From: Candidatus Eiseniibacteriota bacterium
Lineage (GTDB): Bacteria > Eisenbacteria > RBG-16-71-46
DNA length: 64,000 bases
Assembly (NCBI GenBank): GCA_044223005.1
Contig: JBGAML010000010.1
Span: forward strand, 32,001-96,000
Reading direction: 5' to 3'
Shown: piece by piece, positions 30,038 to 40,899 of the stretch
How positions within the stretch are numbered: position 1 is the first letter of the stretch
Layout of the letters: each line of letters opens with the position of its first letter
Program-made: the position numbers and the translations under genes
Notes under the pieces: model-generated
What the model was told of the DNA's origin: nothing
Database searches by the model: none
What the model saw: only the letters and a program-made list of their open reading frames with translations

Positions 30038-32050
30038 ATGAACGCTCGTCCGCTGTCCGCGCTCGCGCTCGCCGCCCTCGCGCTCGCCCTGCTCGCCGCG
30101 ACGCCGCGCTCCGCCGCGTCCGCACCCGCCGATTCCGCCTCCATCCGCATCCGCCGCCTGCTCGGCAATCCGCCCGCGCGCACGCCCGCCGAGGCGCTCG
30201 GCGACACGACGCGCACGCGACCGTCGCTGCCGCCGCGTACCACGATCGTGGCCGTGCCGTCCGCGCCCGAGGCGCCGCCCGAGGGGCCGGCCATCTCGGA
30301 CAGCCTGCCGAACCTCTGGCGCACGCGCGCCGAACGCACGGGTTGGCGGCAGACCGCCAACTACGAGGAGACGATCCGCTACTGCCGCCAGCTCGAGGCG
30401 GGCTCGAACTGGGTCCGCTACGTGAGCTTCGGCACCAGCGGCCAGGGCCGCGACCTGCCGCTGCTGGTCGTCTCGCGCGATCGCGCGTTCACACCCGAGG
30501 CCGCGCGCGCGACCGGCAAGCCGGTCGTGCTGATCCAGAACGGCATCCACTCGGGCGAGATCGAGGGCAAGGACGCCTCGCTCGCGCTGGTGCGCGACAT
30601 GGCCGTGCTGCGGACGCGCGAGCACCTGCTGGATTCGTGCATCGTGCTCGTGATCCCGATCCTGTCGGTGGACGCGCACGAGCGCCGCGGGCGCTTCAAC
30701 CGCATCAACCAGAACGGGCCCGAAGAGATGGGCTGGCGCACGACGCCCGTGGGCCTGAACCTGAACCGCGATTACCTGAAGACCGACGCGCCCGAGATGC
30801 GCGCGCTGATCGAGAACGTCTACACGCGCTGGTGGCCCGAGGTGCTGGTCGACGACCACACCACCGACGGCGCCGACTACCAGCACGACGTGACGTACGG
30901 CTTCGCGCACGGCCCCGTGGTGCCGCCGTCGATCGAACGGTGGTGCGTCGAGGCGTTCGAAGGCCGCGTGGTGCCGCGCCTGGCGGCGATGGGCCACCTG
31001 CCGGCGCCCTACCTGAGCTTCCGCAAGGGCAACGATCCCACGAGCGGCATCGACTTCGGCAGCACGCCGCCCCGCTTCTCCACCGGCTACACCGCGGCCC
31101 AGGGACGGATCGGCCTGCTGGTCGAGACGCACATGCTCAAGCCCTACGGCACGCGCGTCGTGGCGACGTACGACCTGCTCGTCGCGCTGCTCGAGGAGAT
31201 CCAGGCGCGTCCGCGCGCGGTGCGCGCCGCCGTGCGCGATGCCGACGCCGCGATCGCCGCGAAGGCGCGCGCGACCGATCCGGCCGCGCGGACCGTCGTG
31301 CTGACCGAGCACACCAGCGACCGCTCGGTGCCGTTCGCGTACCGCGGCCGCGTGACGCGCTGGGAGACGAGCCCCGTCACCGGCGCGCGGGTCGCGCGCT
31401 ATTCGCCCGCGCCGTGGGACACGCTCGTGCCGCTCTACCGCGAGATGGTCGCCGACATCGCCGTGCGCGAGCCCGCCGGCTACCTGATCCCGCGCGAGTG
31501 GACCGCGGCGATCGCCCTCCTCGAGCGCCACGGCGTGCGCGTGCGGCGGCTGGCACGCGCGTGGAGCGACACGGTCGAGGTGGCGCGCATCACCGACTGG
31601 ACCGCCGACGCGCAGCCCACCGAGGGCCACCACCCGATCCGCGTCCGCGGGGTCGCGACCGAGCGGCGCTGGCGCACATTCGCCGCGGGCGACGCGTGGG
31701 TGCCACTCGACCAGCGCGGGGCGCTGCTCGCGGTGACTCTCTGCGAAGCGCAGGCGCCGGACGGCATGCTCGCGTGGAACCTCTTCGATACGGTGCTCGA
31801 GCGGAAGGAATACGCCGAGGACTACGTCATGGACCCGATCGCGCGCGACATGCTGGCGAAGGACGCGAAGCTCGCGGCGGAGTTCCAGGCGAAGCTCGCG
31901 GCGGACAGCACGTTCGCGAAGAGCCCGGGCGCGCGCACCGACTTCTTCTACCGGCGCTCGCCGTGGGCCGATCCGCAGCAGAACCTGCTGCCGGTCGTCC
32001 GCGCGCTCCAGCCGGTGCCCGAGAGCGCGCTCGCGCCCGCGACGCGCTGA
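30038..32050 (+). CDS. Secreted M14-family zinc carboxypeptidase
   Basis: Signal peptide; GIHSGEIEG, NLNRDY, DDHTTDG, LLVETH. Confidence 0.88.
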   Translation: MNARPLSALALAALALALLAATPRSAASAPADSASIRIRRLLGNPPARTPAEALGDTTRTRPSLPPRTTIVAVPSAPEAPPEGPAISDSLPNLWRTRAERTGWRQTANYEETIRYCRQLEAGSNWVRYVSFGTSGQGRDLPLLVVSRDRAFTPEAARATGKPVVLIQNGIHSGEIEGKDASLALVRDMAVLRTREHLLDSCIVLVIPILSVDAHERRGRFNRINQNGPEEMGWRTTPVGLNLNRDYLKTDAPEMRALIENVYTRWWPEVLVDDHTTDGADYQHDVTYGFAHGPVVPPSIERWCVEAFEGRVVPRLAAMGHLPAPYLSFRKGNDPTSGIDFGSTPPRFSTGYTAAQGRIGLLVETHMLKPYGTRVVATYDLLVALLEEIQARPRAVRAAVRDADAAIAAKARATDPAARTVVLTEHTSDRSVPFAYRGRVTRWETSPVTGARVARYSPAPWDTLVPLYREMVADIAVREPAGYLIPREWTAAIALLERHGVRVRRLARAWSDTVEVARITDWTADAQPTEGHHPIRVRGVATERRWRTFAAGDAWVPLDQRGALLAVTLCEAQAPDGMLAWNLFDTVLERKEYAEDYVMDPIARDMLAKDAKLAAEFQAKLAADSTFAKSPGARTDFFYRRSPWADPQQNLLPVVRALQPVPESALAPATR

Positions 32051-32053
32051 GCC

Positions 32054-33136
32054 CTACTCCCAGCCTTCGCGCAGCGCGCGCGCGTACGCGGCCCAGTAAG
32101 GGTCGGGCGCGGGCGTGTCGAACGTGAGCACGGCGCCGTCGGGCTCGGCGAGCCACACCTTGCCCGAGCCCTTCATCACCTCGCCGATGTCGGCGGCGAC
32201 GATGCCCTCCTCCGCGAGCGCGGCCAGCACCGCCGCCGCGCGGTCCGGCTTCGCACCGACGAGCAGCGCCCCCTCGGCCAGCGTCGTGTAGGGATCCACG
32301 CCCAGCACGTCGCACGCCACTCGCACCTCCGGCGCGAGCGGAATCCGCGCCCGCTCGACACGCAGGTCGTGGCCGCACGCCTTCGCCAGTTCCACGAGGC
32401 CGCCGAGGACGCCGCCCTCGGTCGCGTCGTGCAGCGCCGTCACGCCGTGTTCGCGCACGCCCGCGCGCAGCGCCGCGCGGCAGTCGGCGACCACGCTCAC
32501 CTGGGTCTCCAGCGCGCGCAGCTTCTCGAGGCCCTCGGCGTCGAGCTGCTGTGCGAGCCGCTGCGGGCAGAGCCACGCGGCCACGGCCGCCGTCTCGATC
32601 GCGCAGCCCTTGGTGAGGATCACGCGATCGCCCGGCGACGCCATCGCCGGCGTCACGTAGCGGCCCTCGTCGCCGACGCCGATCAGCGTCGCCGCGCCGA
32701 GGATGCTCAGGTCGCAGCCCTCGTAGCGCCCGGTGTGCCCGGTGACCACCGCGACGCCGAGCGCCGCCCACTCGTCGCTCATCGCGGTCCAGTAACGCTC
32801 GAACGCCTCGTCGCCGAAGTGCGGCGGCAGGTTGAAGTCGATGCTCGCGTAGGCCGGCGGGATGCCCGTGGTCCACAGGTCGGAGGCGATCAGGTGGCAC
32901 GCGAGCCGCGCCGAGCGCTCGGGCCCGAGCGCCGGGATCACCGAGAGCGGATCGGTCGTCACCGCCATCACGCGCCCGGCGCCCACCTTCACCACCGCCG
33001 CATCGTGGCCCGCGCGCGGGCCGGCGAGCACCTCGGGACGCTCGGCGCCGAGGCGCGGCGCGATCACGCGCGCGAAGAGCTCGGGCGAGACCTTGCCCAG
33101 CGCGGGACGCGCGGGCGGCGGGAAGGCGTCGGGCAC
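32054..33136 (-). CDS. AIR synthase-related (PurM/HypE-like) protein
   Basis: GHDAAVV, TTDP, VVTGHT, PGDRVILTKG, LHDATEGGVLG; GGAGG RBS. Confidence 0.85.
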   Translation of the reverse strand: MPDAFPPPARPALGKVSPELFARVIAPRLGAERPEVLAGPRAGHDAAVVKVGAGRVMAVTTDPLSVIPALGPERSARLACHLIASDLWTTGIPPAYASIDFNLPPHFGDEAFERYWTAMSDEWAALGVAVVTGHTGRYEGCDLSILGAATLIGVGDEGRYVTPAMASPGDRVILTKGCAIETAAVAAWLCPQRLAQQLDAEGLEKLRALETQVSVVADCRAALRAGVREHGVTALHDATEGGVLGGLVELAKACGHDLRVERARIPLAPEVRVACDVLGVDPYTTLAEGALLVGAKPDRAAAVLAALAEEGIVAADIGEVMKGSGKVWLAEPDGAVLTFDTPAPDPYWAAYARALREGWE

Positions 33137-33233
33137 GGCGGACCTCCGGTGGGGATCGAGACGAGCGGCCCGCGCAGGGTAAACGAGGGCGCCCGGGCCG
33201 GCCACGGCCCGGGCGCCTCGCGAGCGAGCGCGG

Positions 33234-34019
33234 CTACGCGGACGGGCTCATGAGCCCGACCTTCGCCCCCTGCGGATCCGCGATCACGGCGATCGTGCCG
33301 CCGCCGTGCACCACGCGCGGCGCCACGAACGACCGCGCGCCCTGCGCGAGCGCCTGCGCGTGCGCCGCGTCGACGTCGGCGACGACGAAGTACGTCAGCC
33401 AGTGCGCGCGCGCCTCGGGCGGCACGTCCGGCGGCATCGGCAGCATGCCCGCGACCGGCCCGTCCGGCAGGCTCCACATCGTGTAGGGCGCGCCGTTGGT
33501 GGCGGGGACTTCCTGCGCGCTCCAGCCGAACACGTCCGCGTAGAAGCGCTTCGCCGGCTCGGGATCGCGCACGTTCAGCTGCTTCCATCCCAGCGCACCG
33601 GGCTCGTTCGCCACGCCGATCCCGGGGAAGCGGCGCGCCTCCCAGAGCTGGAACGTTGCGCCGGACGGATCGGCGGCCGCGACCATGCGGCCGAGGTCGG
33701 CGACGTCGAACGGTCCGGCGATCACGGTGCCGCCGGCGGTCTTCACGCGCGCGGCCGCGGCGTCGGCGTCGGCGACCATGACGTAGTCGCCCCAATGCGG
33801 CGCGGTGCCCTGCGCGCGCATCGCCTCGGAGAGTTCGTAGCCGGCGGCGGTGTCGCGGCCGCCGAGCGAGAAGAGGACGTAGCGTCCGCCATCCATCGGC
33901 GCTTCGCGTGCGCTCCAACCGAGGAGCGAGGCGTAGAAGCGAATCGCGGCGTCGAGGTCGGACGCGACGAGTTCGGGCCAGCCGAAGCGGCCCGGCGTGA
34001 GGCGGGGGTCGGGGGACAT
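33234..34019 (-). CDS. Two-domain VOC/glyoxalase family protein
   Basis: Duplicated W.EL..D..A..FY..LFGW and DP.GA motifs. Confidence 0.9.
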   Translation of the reverse strand: MSPDPRLTPGRFGWPELVASDLDAAIRFYASLLGWSAREAPMDGGRYVLFSLGGRDTAAGYELSEAMRAQGTAPHWGDYVMVADADAAAARVKTAGGTVIAGPFDVADLGRMVAAADPSGATFQLWEARRFPGIGVANEPGALGWKQLNVRDPEPAKRFYADVFGWSAQEVPATNGAPYTMWSLPDGPVAGMLPMPPDVPPEARAHWLTYFVVADVDAAHAQALAQGARSFVAPRVVHGGGTIAVIADPQGAKVGLMSPSA

Positions 34020-34072
34020 GCGTGCTCCTCGTCGAGGGGTTCGGGAGGTCGGCCAGCGGCGCGCACGCTAGC

Positions 34073-34112
34073 AAAAGACGACGGCCCCCGGCGAGCGCCG
34101 GGGGCCGTCGTC
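34073..34112 (-). terminator. Intrinsic terminator of the 37248-34129 gene
   Basis: 16-bp perfect stem GACGACGGCCCCCGGC-gagc-GCCGGGGGCCGTCGTC with TTTT on the minus strand. Confidence 0.8.
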
Positions 34113-34128
34113 GAACGAACGCCGAGGC

Positions 34129-37100
34129 TCAGCGAACGAGCGCGACCTTGGTCGAGACCTGCCGCGATGCCTGCGACAGCGTCGCCCAGTACATGCCGGG
34201 GCGCACCGACGAGGCATCCAGCGACACCGTGTGATCGCCGCTGCCGAGGTTCGCGAGATCCATCCCCGCGACGCGGCGGCCGGTGACGTCGACGAGGTCG
34301 ATGCGCGCGCCGCCGAGACCGGGCAGCGACACGGCGAACTGCAGCGGACCGTTGCCGCCGTTGGTGATGGAGCGGAGCGCGAAGGCCGCCTGCACCGGCA
34401 CGTCCACCCACACCTGGCCGAGGAACCGCTCGCCCGACGCCGAGGGCAGGCCGATGCGGTACTCGTAGCTGCCACCCGGCTGCGTGGCCTCGTCCGTGTA
34501 CGTGATGAGGCCGCTCGCGTCGGCGCGCACCGAGCCGACGAGCTGGAAGTCGCCCGGCACCGCGCGACGGTAGAGGTTCATCTGCTCGTTCGCGCCGTCG
34601 GCCGAGTACCACGTCATGCGCGGGTGGCCGTTGACGATCTCGGCGCCGACGAGCGCCAGCTCCGTCGCCGTCGCCTGGTCCACCGCGCGCTCGAAGATGC
34701 CGCGGCCGTGGGTGGCGCAGCGCAGGGTGCGGTTCGACGGCTGCAGCGACATGTCGAACACCGACACGACCGGCATGCCGGTCGTGAACGGCGCCCACGT
34801 CACGCCACCGTCGAGGCTCTGGTAGACACCGATGTCGGTGCCGGCCCAGAGGCGGGTCGGCTGCAGGGGGTCGACGACGAAGGCGTTGACCGGCACGTCC
34901 GGCAGGCCGGCGCCCGAAGCCGCCCACGTCGGCGTGCCCGTCATGAGGTTCGTGGTCTTCCACACGTGCTGGCCCGCGGCGACACCGAAGCCGCCGAAGC
35001 AGACGTAGGCGACGTTCGTGTTCGTCGGGTCGATCGCGATGCGGCCCACGTACTTCGTGAGCGGCATGCTCGCGTTCGTCCAGTCGAGCAGCGTGCTGGA
35101 GCCCGTGATCGTGCCCATGATCTTGATGTTCACGGCCGCGCCGGTGGACACGTTGAAGTTGTTCGTGGCCACGAGGCGGACGTTGTCGTTGGTCGCCGCG
35201 ATCGCGACCGCCGAGATCGGCACGCCGGTGCCGTTGATCGGCGCCTGGCTGACCGTCGGGTTGGTCGCGCCGCCGTCGGCCGACCGGTGCAGCCGGTCGG
35301 TGGCGTAGTAGATCGTGTTGAGCGGGCTGCCCGGGCCGCGCACGAGCGGCGCGTAGAAGTTGCAGTACTCGGTCAGCGAGATGTTGTTCGAGCCGTTGCC
35401 GAGGAGCGACCACAGGCCGTCCGACGCGCTCGCGGTCGACGTGACGCGCGCGTACCCGACCAGCGCGGAACGCTGGTTGTAGTACGTGTGGTACATGCGG
35501 ACGTTCGTGTTGTCGACCGCGTTCTGGTCGATCACCGCGAAGCCACCGTCGCCGTAGTCGGCGCGGAACCACGTGCCGGCCGGCTGGTACCACTGCGTGC
35601 CGTTGTCCTGCGTGCCGCCGATCGTGAAGTTCGCATCCAACGGATGGGTGTCGAGGCTCATGTACTGCGACGCGCTGACGCCGGCGTTGATGCTGACCCA
35701 GCTCGCGCCGCCGTTCGTCGACTTGTAGATGCCGCCGTCGTTGCCTTCGTACACGATGTTCGGGTCCGACGGGGCGAACGCGATCGCGTGCGCGTCGGCG
35801 TGCAGGCCGATGTCACCGACGCCCGCGCCGGTGAACGTCGCGCCGCCGTCGATCGAACGCGCGTAGACGCGCGAGCAGGTGCCGTTGCCCGCACCGCCGA
35901 TCAGCACGATGCTCGAGTTCGTCGGGCTGATCGCGACCGGCAGGTCGTAGAAGCACTGGCCGCCGCAGAAGCCGCCACCACCGGTGAGCTTGCCGGACCA
36001 CGTCAGGCCGCCGTCGGTGGACTTGCGGAGGCAGCCGCTCCCCGACGTGCAGCTCGTGCCCGTCGCCGCCTCGCCCGTCGCGACGATCATCGTGGTCACG
36101 CCGGCGACACGCGACACCGCGAACGCGCCGCGCGAGCTCCCGAGCGTGGTCGTGAACGTGTTCGTGAACGTCGGCGTCGCCGCCTTGGCGTTCGTGGTGC
36201 GCCACACGCCGCCGTCGCCGGCGACCGCGTTGCCGTAGATCCAGCACACGATCGTGTTGCCCGTCGCGTCGCCCGGATCGTAGGCCATGTCGGTGACGAT
36301 GCGGTTGCCCGACACGTCCGGCGCGATGCTGCCCAGGTTGACGACCGTCAGCTTGGCGAAGCTCGGGCTGCCCGAGGTCGCGTTGGTCGAGCGGTAGATG
36401 CCGCGCAGCGACGTGATCGGGGGCGTCGAGCCGAACGCCTCGCCGCCGATGCCGCCGATGCCGCTGCTCGTGGAGACGAAGATGGTCGCCGGGTCCGACG
36501 GGTCGACGAGGATCTGCGAGATCGAGCGGCCCGTGAACGTCTTGGCGCCGATCACGTCCGTCGTGGGAGTCGGGTTGAAGGGCCCGTTGAGGATCGGCGA
36601 CGTGTCCGCGTTGTCGATGCGGTAGAGGCCGATGCCGAAGAACGAATCGGCGGAGAGGTTCGCTTCACCGGTGCCGACGTAGAGGATCGAGGGATTCGAC
36701 GGCGCCAGCGCCAGCGAACCGATCGCGAGCGAGGCCGCGCCGTCGAAGATCGGCGTCCACGTCGCGCCGCCGTCGAGCGTGCGCCACACGCCGCCCTGCG
36801 CCGCGCCGATGTAGACGATGTTCGGGTTGGTCGGGTGCACCGCGATCGCCGAGATGCGGCCGCTGATCGAGGTGGACACGGTCGTCGTCTGGCCGTTCGG
36901 GATCGGGAACGGCCCGAGCGCGGTCCAGAAGCCGGTCGCCGCGAAGGGCCCCTGCTTGCCGACCTGGTGCTGCATCTGCGAGATCGCGTCGAGCCGGGCG
37001 CCGAAGGCTTCCGCGAAGCCCTCACCGAGCCGCTGCTCGAAGAACTGGTTGCGCGCCGCCATGTAGGACGCCTTGTCGAGGCCGTTCGCCAGCGCGCCGG

Positions 37101-37248
37101 GCATGTCCGGGTCGTCGTCGACGGGCAGCGACGCCTGGATCGAGACCGGAGGCACCCAAGCGGCCGGGCCACGCGCCGCGAACGACGCGGTCGCGGCCAG
37201 CGACGTCAGGGCGAGGGCGGCGAGGAACATCGCGAGCAGTCGTTTCAT
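34129..37248 (-). CDS. Secreted BNR/VPS10-like (GH74-like) double beta-propeller with Ig module and T9SS-like CTD
   Basis: Signal peptide; SGRISAIAVHP..GGVWRTLDGGATW, HADAHAI, GGTQDNG, GDGG, ATHGRG; degenerate CTD (DVTGRRV..GMYWATL). Confidence 0.82.
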   Translation of the reverse strand: MKRLLAMFLAALALTSLAATASFAARGPAAWVPPVSIQASLPVDDDPDMPGALANGLDKASYMAARNQFFEQRLGEGFAEAFGARLDAISQMQHQVGKQGPFAATGFWTALGPFPIPNGQTTTVSTSISGRISAIAVHPTNPNIVYIGAAQGGVWRTLDGGATWTPIFDGAASLAIGSLALAPSNPSILYVGTGEANLSADSFFGIGLYRIDNADTSPILNGPFNPTPTTDVIGAKTFTGRSISQILVDPSDPATIFVSTSSGIGGIGGEAFGSTPPITSLRGIYRSTNATSGSPSFAKLTVVNLGSIAPDVSGNRIVTDMAYDPGDATGNTIVCWIYGNAVAGDGGVWRTTNAKAATPTFTNTFTTTLGSSRGAFAVSRVAGVTTMIVATGEAATGTSCTSGSGCLRKSTDGGLTWSGKLTGGGGFCGGQCFYDLPVAISPTNSSIVLIGGAGNGTCSRVYARSIDGGATFTGAGVGDIGLHADAHAIAFAPSDPNIVYEGNDGGIYKSTNGGASWVSINAGVSASQYMSLDTHPLDANFTIGGTQDNGTQWYQPAGTWFRADYGDGGFAVIDQNAVDNTNVRMYHTYYNQRSALVGYARVTSTASASDGLWSLLGNGSNNISLTEYCNFYAPLVRGPGSPLNTIYYATDRLHRSADGGATNPTVSQAPINGTGVPISAVAIAATNDNVRLVATNNFNVSTGAAVNIKIMGTITGSSTLLDWTNASMPLTKYVGRIAIDPTNTNVAYVCFGGFGVAAGQHVWKTTNLMTGTPTWAASGAGLPDVPVNAFVVDPLQPTRLWAGTDIGVYQSLDGGVTWAPFTTGMPVVSVFDMSLQPSNRTLRCATHGRGIFERAVDQATATELALVGAEIVNGHPRMTWYSADGANEQMNLYRRAVPGDFQLVGSVRADASGLITYTDEATQPGGSYEYRIGLPSASGERFLGQVWVDVPVQAAFALRSITNGGNGPLQFAVSLPGLGGARIDLVDVTGRRVAGMDLANLGSGDHTVSLDASSVRPGMYWATLSQASRQVSTKVALVR

Positions 37249-37523
37249 GGATGCGCTCCAAAGGCAGGGGAAATCAGGGAAGGGCCGGAGTGGGGCTTCG
37301 GCCGGGAGCGAACGTGAAGGCGGAAGGATAGATGCGTGAAAGCCTGACAGAGAACTGAAATCTTCACGAAAACGTCAGCGGCAAGGCGGTTTGCAGGTCG
37401 GGAAGGGGCCGCTCGCGTGCGAATCGACAGGTCCGGCTCGCCTCGCGGGAATCCATTCGCAACAGTGCCCCTCGGATGCCGGGCACCGCCGCCGAATCGC
37501 GAGCCCCCGAGCGTGGCCGAAGG

Positions 37524-38522
37524 TCAGCGCTCGGTCGGCGCCGGGAGCCCGAGCAGCTGCAGCTCGTGCGCGAGCGTCTCGCGCAGGCCCTGCTCGAGCG
37601 GCCGCGCGGACCAGCCGAGCTCGCGCTGCGCCTTGTCCGAACGCCCGAGGTACGTCGCCCCGGCCAGCACGCGCAGGCTCTCAGGATGGTAGTCGCCCGT
37701 GATCGGCAGCACCGCCGCGAGCGGCGCCATGACCGCGGCCAGCGCGCGCAGCACGCCGGGCGCGACCACCCGCGGCCGCGGCACGTTCGTGATGCGCTCG
37801 GCCAGCGCGAGCGCATCCGCCAGCGTGCTCACCGGGCCGGCGAGGTGATAGCACTCGCCGGCGCGCCCACGCTCCATCGCGAGCCGGTGCCCGCGCACGA
37901 CGTCCTCGACATGCGCCCACGCGTACGCCGCACCGCCGGGCACCATCGGGAGCCGGCGCTGCAGGTAGCGCACGAGCGTCGTGCGCACCGTACTGGTGTC
38001 GCCCGGACCGTAGATGAGCCCCGGCTGCACGATCACGAGCGGCAGCCCCGCGCGCATGCGTGGCGCCGCGACTTCGTAGTGGGCGCGCCACTTGCCGCGG
38101 TCGTAGGCGCTCTCGAACGGGCCGTCGAACCGGTACGTCTCGTCGACCACGCGGCCGCGCGTGTTCCCGTGCACGGCGAGCGTGCTGGTGTAGACGCCGC
38201 GCGGGATGCGAAGCGCCTGCATGGCGTCGAGCACGTGGCGTGTGCCGTCGACGTTGATGCGCTCGCCGGCCGCAGCGTCGCGCGCACCGAGCTTGTACCA
38301 GGCCGCGAGGTGGTAGACGCCGTCGCAGCCGGCCATGGGGCCGCGAAGCGTGCCGGGCTCGAGCACGTCGCCGCGATGCACCTCGACGCCGAGCGCGCGC
38401 AGCGCACCGGCGCGCGCGGGGTCGCGCGCGATCGTCACGACCTCGTCGCCGTCGGCGCGCAGCCGCGCCGCCAGCACGCCACCCACGAATCCGGTGGCCC
38501 CGGTGACGAACCAGCGCGCCAT
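37524..38522 (-). CDS. NAD-dependent epimerase/dehydratase (extended SDR)
   Basis: VTGATGFVG, YHLAA, YxxxK (YDRGK), PGLIYGPGD. Confidence 0.88.
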   Translation of the reverse strand: MARWFVTGATGFVGGVLAARLRADGDEVVTIARDPARAGALRALGVEVHRGDVLEPGTLRGPMAGCDGVYHLAAWYKLGARDAAAGERINVDGTRHVLDAMQALRIPRGVYTSTLAVHGNTRGRVVDETYRFDGPFESAYDRGKWRAHYEVAAPRMRAGLPLVIVQPGLIYGPGDTSTVRTTLVRYLQRRLPMVPGGAAYAWAHVEDVVRGHRLAMERGRAGECYHLAGPVSTLADALALAERITNVPRPRVVAPGVLRALAAVMAPLAAVLPITGDYHPESLRVLAGATYLGRSDKAQRELGWSARPLEQGLRETLAHELQLLGLPAPTER

Positions 38523-38586
38523 GCGTCCTCCTCGGGCGGGAGCGTCGCCGCGACCCGGATCGCTCCGGACCGCGGCGCGCGAGGGA

Positions 38587-39087
38587 CTACTGCTCGTCGG
38601 CGCTCGGGCCGTAGAGGCCCGGAACCGGCACGTCGAGCATGCGCAGGTACACGGTCAGCTGCGCGCGGTGGTGCACCATGTGATTGAAGACGAAGCTGCG
38701 CAGCACCGCCGCCTTGGGCATGGTGAAGAACACCTGCTCGCCGTCGCGCATGGTCCACGGCTTGCCGAACGCCGCGTCCTCGGTCTCGAGCAGCGCCTTG
38801 CGCCCGGCGGCGACGTTGCGGTCGAAGAGCGCCAACAGCTCCGCACTCGACCCGGACACCTTGCGCATCTCGCTCATGTCGAACTTGGAGAAGTCGAGCT
38901 CGTCGAGCGTGAGCGTCTCCTTGGCCCAGCCGGGCACCTGCGCCACGTGCTGGGCGAGCGCCAGGAGCGCGAACGACTTGGCGTGCGGCTTCCAGTCGGC
39001 CTTCTCGAACGGCACGCGCTCGAGCACCTTGCGCGTGCCCGCCGTCTCGTGCTCGAACTCCGCCAGGAACACCTGGTTCATCGCCAT
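38587..39087 (-). CDS. DinB/YfiT family protein
   Basis: WKPHAKS..LAQH; NHMVHHRAQLTVYLR..VPGLYGPSADE. Confidence 0.9.
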   Translation of the reverse strand: MAMNQVFLAEFEHETAGTRKVLERVPFEKADWKPHAKSFALLALAQHVAQVPGWAKETLTLDELDFSKFDMSEMRKVSGSSAELLALFDRNVAAGRKALLETEDAAFGKPWTMRDGEQVFFTMPKAAVLRSFVFNHMVHHRAQLTVYLRMLDVPVPGLYGPSADEQ

Positions 39088-39448
39088 GCTTCGTCCTTTC
39101 CGCGCCGGAGCGCGTGCGGCCGTGGGGCCGCGCAGCGAGGTCGCGGCCGGGACGCGGCGTGCGCCCGGACCGGTCCGTCTCGACGTGCGGGGATGCCGGC
39201 GGGCGCGCGGCGCGGCGGGGATCGTCTCGGCGCGTGCACCCGGCGGAAGCGCGACGTTAGGCCGGCCCGCCGGCGCGCGGCAAGCGCGGATTCTCGCGGC
39301 GACCCTTCCGGGCGACGGACGCGCGCGGACACCCGACGGGCGCGGCCGCACGCGCGGGCGGACGGGCTTCGCTATACTCGTCGCCCGTCGTTCATCCGCC
39401 CGCCGTCTCGCGCCCACCCGATCCGCGGCCGCCCGCACACGAGGACGC

Positions 39449-40201
39449 ATGTTCCGCGACCAGAAGGTCGTCGTCATCATGCCGGCCTACAACTCGGCCC
39501 GGACGCTGCAGCGCACGCACCAGGAGGTGCTGGCGCAGGGCGTGGTCGACCTCGTGATCGTGGTGGACGACGCGAGTCGCGACGAAACCGTCGCGATCGC
39601 GAAGACGCTGCCGCAGACGCGCGTCGAGATCCATCCGAAGAACCGCGGCTACGGCGCCAACCAGAAGACGGCGTACCGGCTCGCGCTGGAAGAACGCGCG
39701 GACATCGTCATCATGGTGCACCCCGACTACCAGTACACGCCGCAGCTGATCCCCGCGATGGCGAGCCTGATCGGCAACGGGCTCTACCCGTGCGTGCTGG
39801 CGTCGCGGATCCTGGGCGGGCAGGCCCGCCGCGGCGGCATGCCGTGGTGGCGCTACGTGTCGAACCGCTTCCTCACGCTCGCGGGCAACGTACTCATGGG
39901 CTCCAAGCTGTCGGAGTTCCACACCGGCTACCGCGCGTTCAGCGCGAAGCTGCTCGCCTCGCTCCCGCTCGATGCGAACTCCGACGACTTCGTGTTCGAC
40001 AACCAGATCCTCGCCGAGATCCTCTGGAAGGACGAGACGATCGCCGAGATCAGCTGCCCGACCAAGTACTTCCCCGAGGCGTCGTCGATCAACTTCGCGC
40101 GCTCGGTCCGCTACGGCTTCGGCTGCCTCGGCACCGCGATGGCGTTCCGCCTCGCGAAGCTGGGCGTGGTGCGCTCGCCGATGTTCCCGCCGCGCGGGTA
40201 G
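39449..40201 (+). CDS. Family 2 glycosyltransferase (DPM1-like)
   Basis: VIMPAYN, VVDDASRD, NRGYG, HPDYQY, HTGYRAF. Confidence 0.9.
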   Translation: MFRDQKVVVIMPAYNSARTLQRTHQEVLAQGVVDLVIVVDDASRDETVAIAKTLPQTRVEIHPKNRGYGANQKTAYRLALEERADIVIMVHPDYQYTPQLIPAMASLIGNGLYPCVLASRILGGQARRGGMPWWRYVSNRFLTLAGNVLMGSKLSEFHTGYRAFSAKLLASLPLDANSDDFVFDNQILAEILWKDETIAEISCPTKYFPEASSINFARSVRYGFGCLGTAMAFRLAKLGVVRSPMFPPRG

Positions 40202-40207
40202 CGCGCC

Positions 40208-40618
40208 CTACGCCACGCCCAGCGCCGCCCCCGCGTGCCGCCGCGCGTGGCGCAGCAGCGTGCGCACGACGGCGGCGACTTCGCCCAGCTCGAGCGTCTC
40301 GCTCGTCACGATCGCGGTGCACGCGCCGTGCAGCGCGCGGCGCGTCGTGTCGGCGAGCGCACCGGCGACCACCACGAGCGGAACGTCGGGCAGCGCGCGC
40401 CGCACCAGCGTCAGGATCGCGAGGTCCACGGGCAGCTGGTGCCGGAGTTCGTAGACGATCGCGCTCGGCCGCTGCGCCGCGGCCGCTTCGATGAGTTCTT
40501 CCTCGTCGTCGTACGGACGCACCTCGCATCCGATCGAGACGAGGGGATGGGTCACGGATTCGGCGTGGCCCGGGTGGGAGTCGCACACCACCAGCGGATG
40601 ATCGAACGGTCGCCGCAT
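40208..40618 (-). CDS. Stand-alone degenerate receiver (CheY-like) domain protein
   Basis: CAGGAGG RBS; alternating beta/alpha pattern LVVCD..PSAIVYEL..PDVPLVVV..ALHGA. Confidence 0.55.
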   Translation of the reverse strand: MRRPFDHPLVVCDSHPGHAESVTHPLVSIGCEVRPYDDEEELIEAAAAQRPSAIVYELRHQLPVDLAILTLVRRALPDVPLVVVAGALADTTRRALHGACTAIVTSETLELGEVAAVVRTLLRHARRHAGAALGVA

Positions 40619-40899
40619 GACCGCCTCCTGCCGCGGAGCATTCGCACGGCGGGGCGCCCGCTCGTGGGGTCGGGCGCGAGGCCGGCGAGCTCCTCCGGCG
40701 AGGCCCAGTGTGCTCCCGCCGGGAACGGAACGCACGCGGATTCCGGCGACGCCGGAAGCCCCGTGGCGCGGCCTCGATGCGCGCTCGGGCCGCGCGCCGC
40801 GGCGGGTCACCTCCCGCCTGCCTCCAATGTGGCAATGCATTCCGGGCGTCCGAGGCGTATCATTTCTGTTTCACCTTCCCGAAACGGAGGCGAACGGCC

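Noticed and set aside
30038..32050. M14 peptidase as the missing ArgE
   Set aside because: It has a signal peptide, belongs to the wrong family (ArgE is M20), and lies beyond the operon terminator and the HDOD gene.
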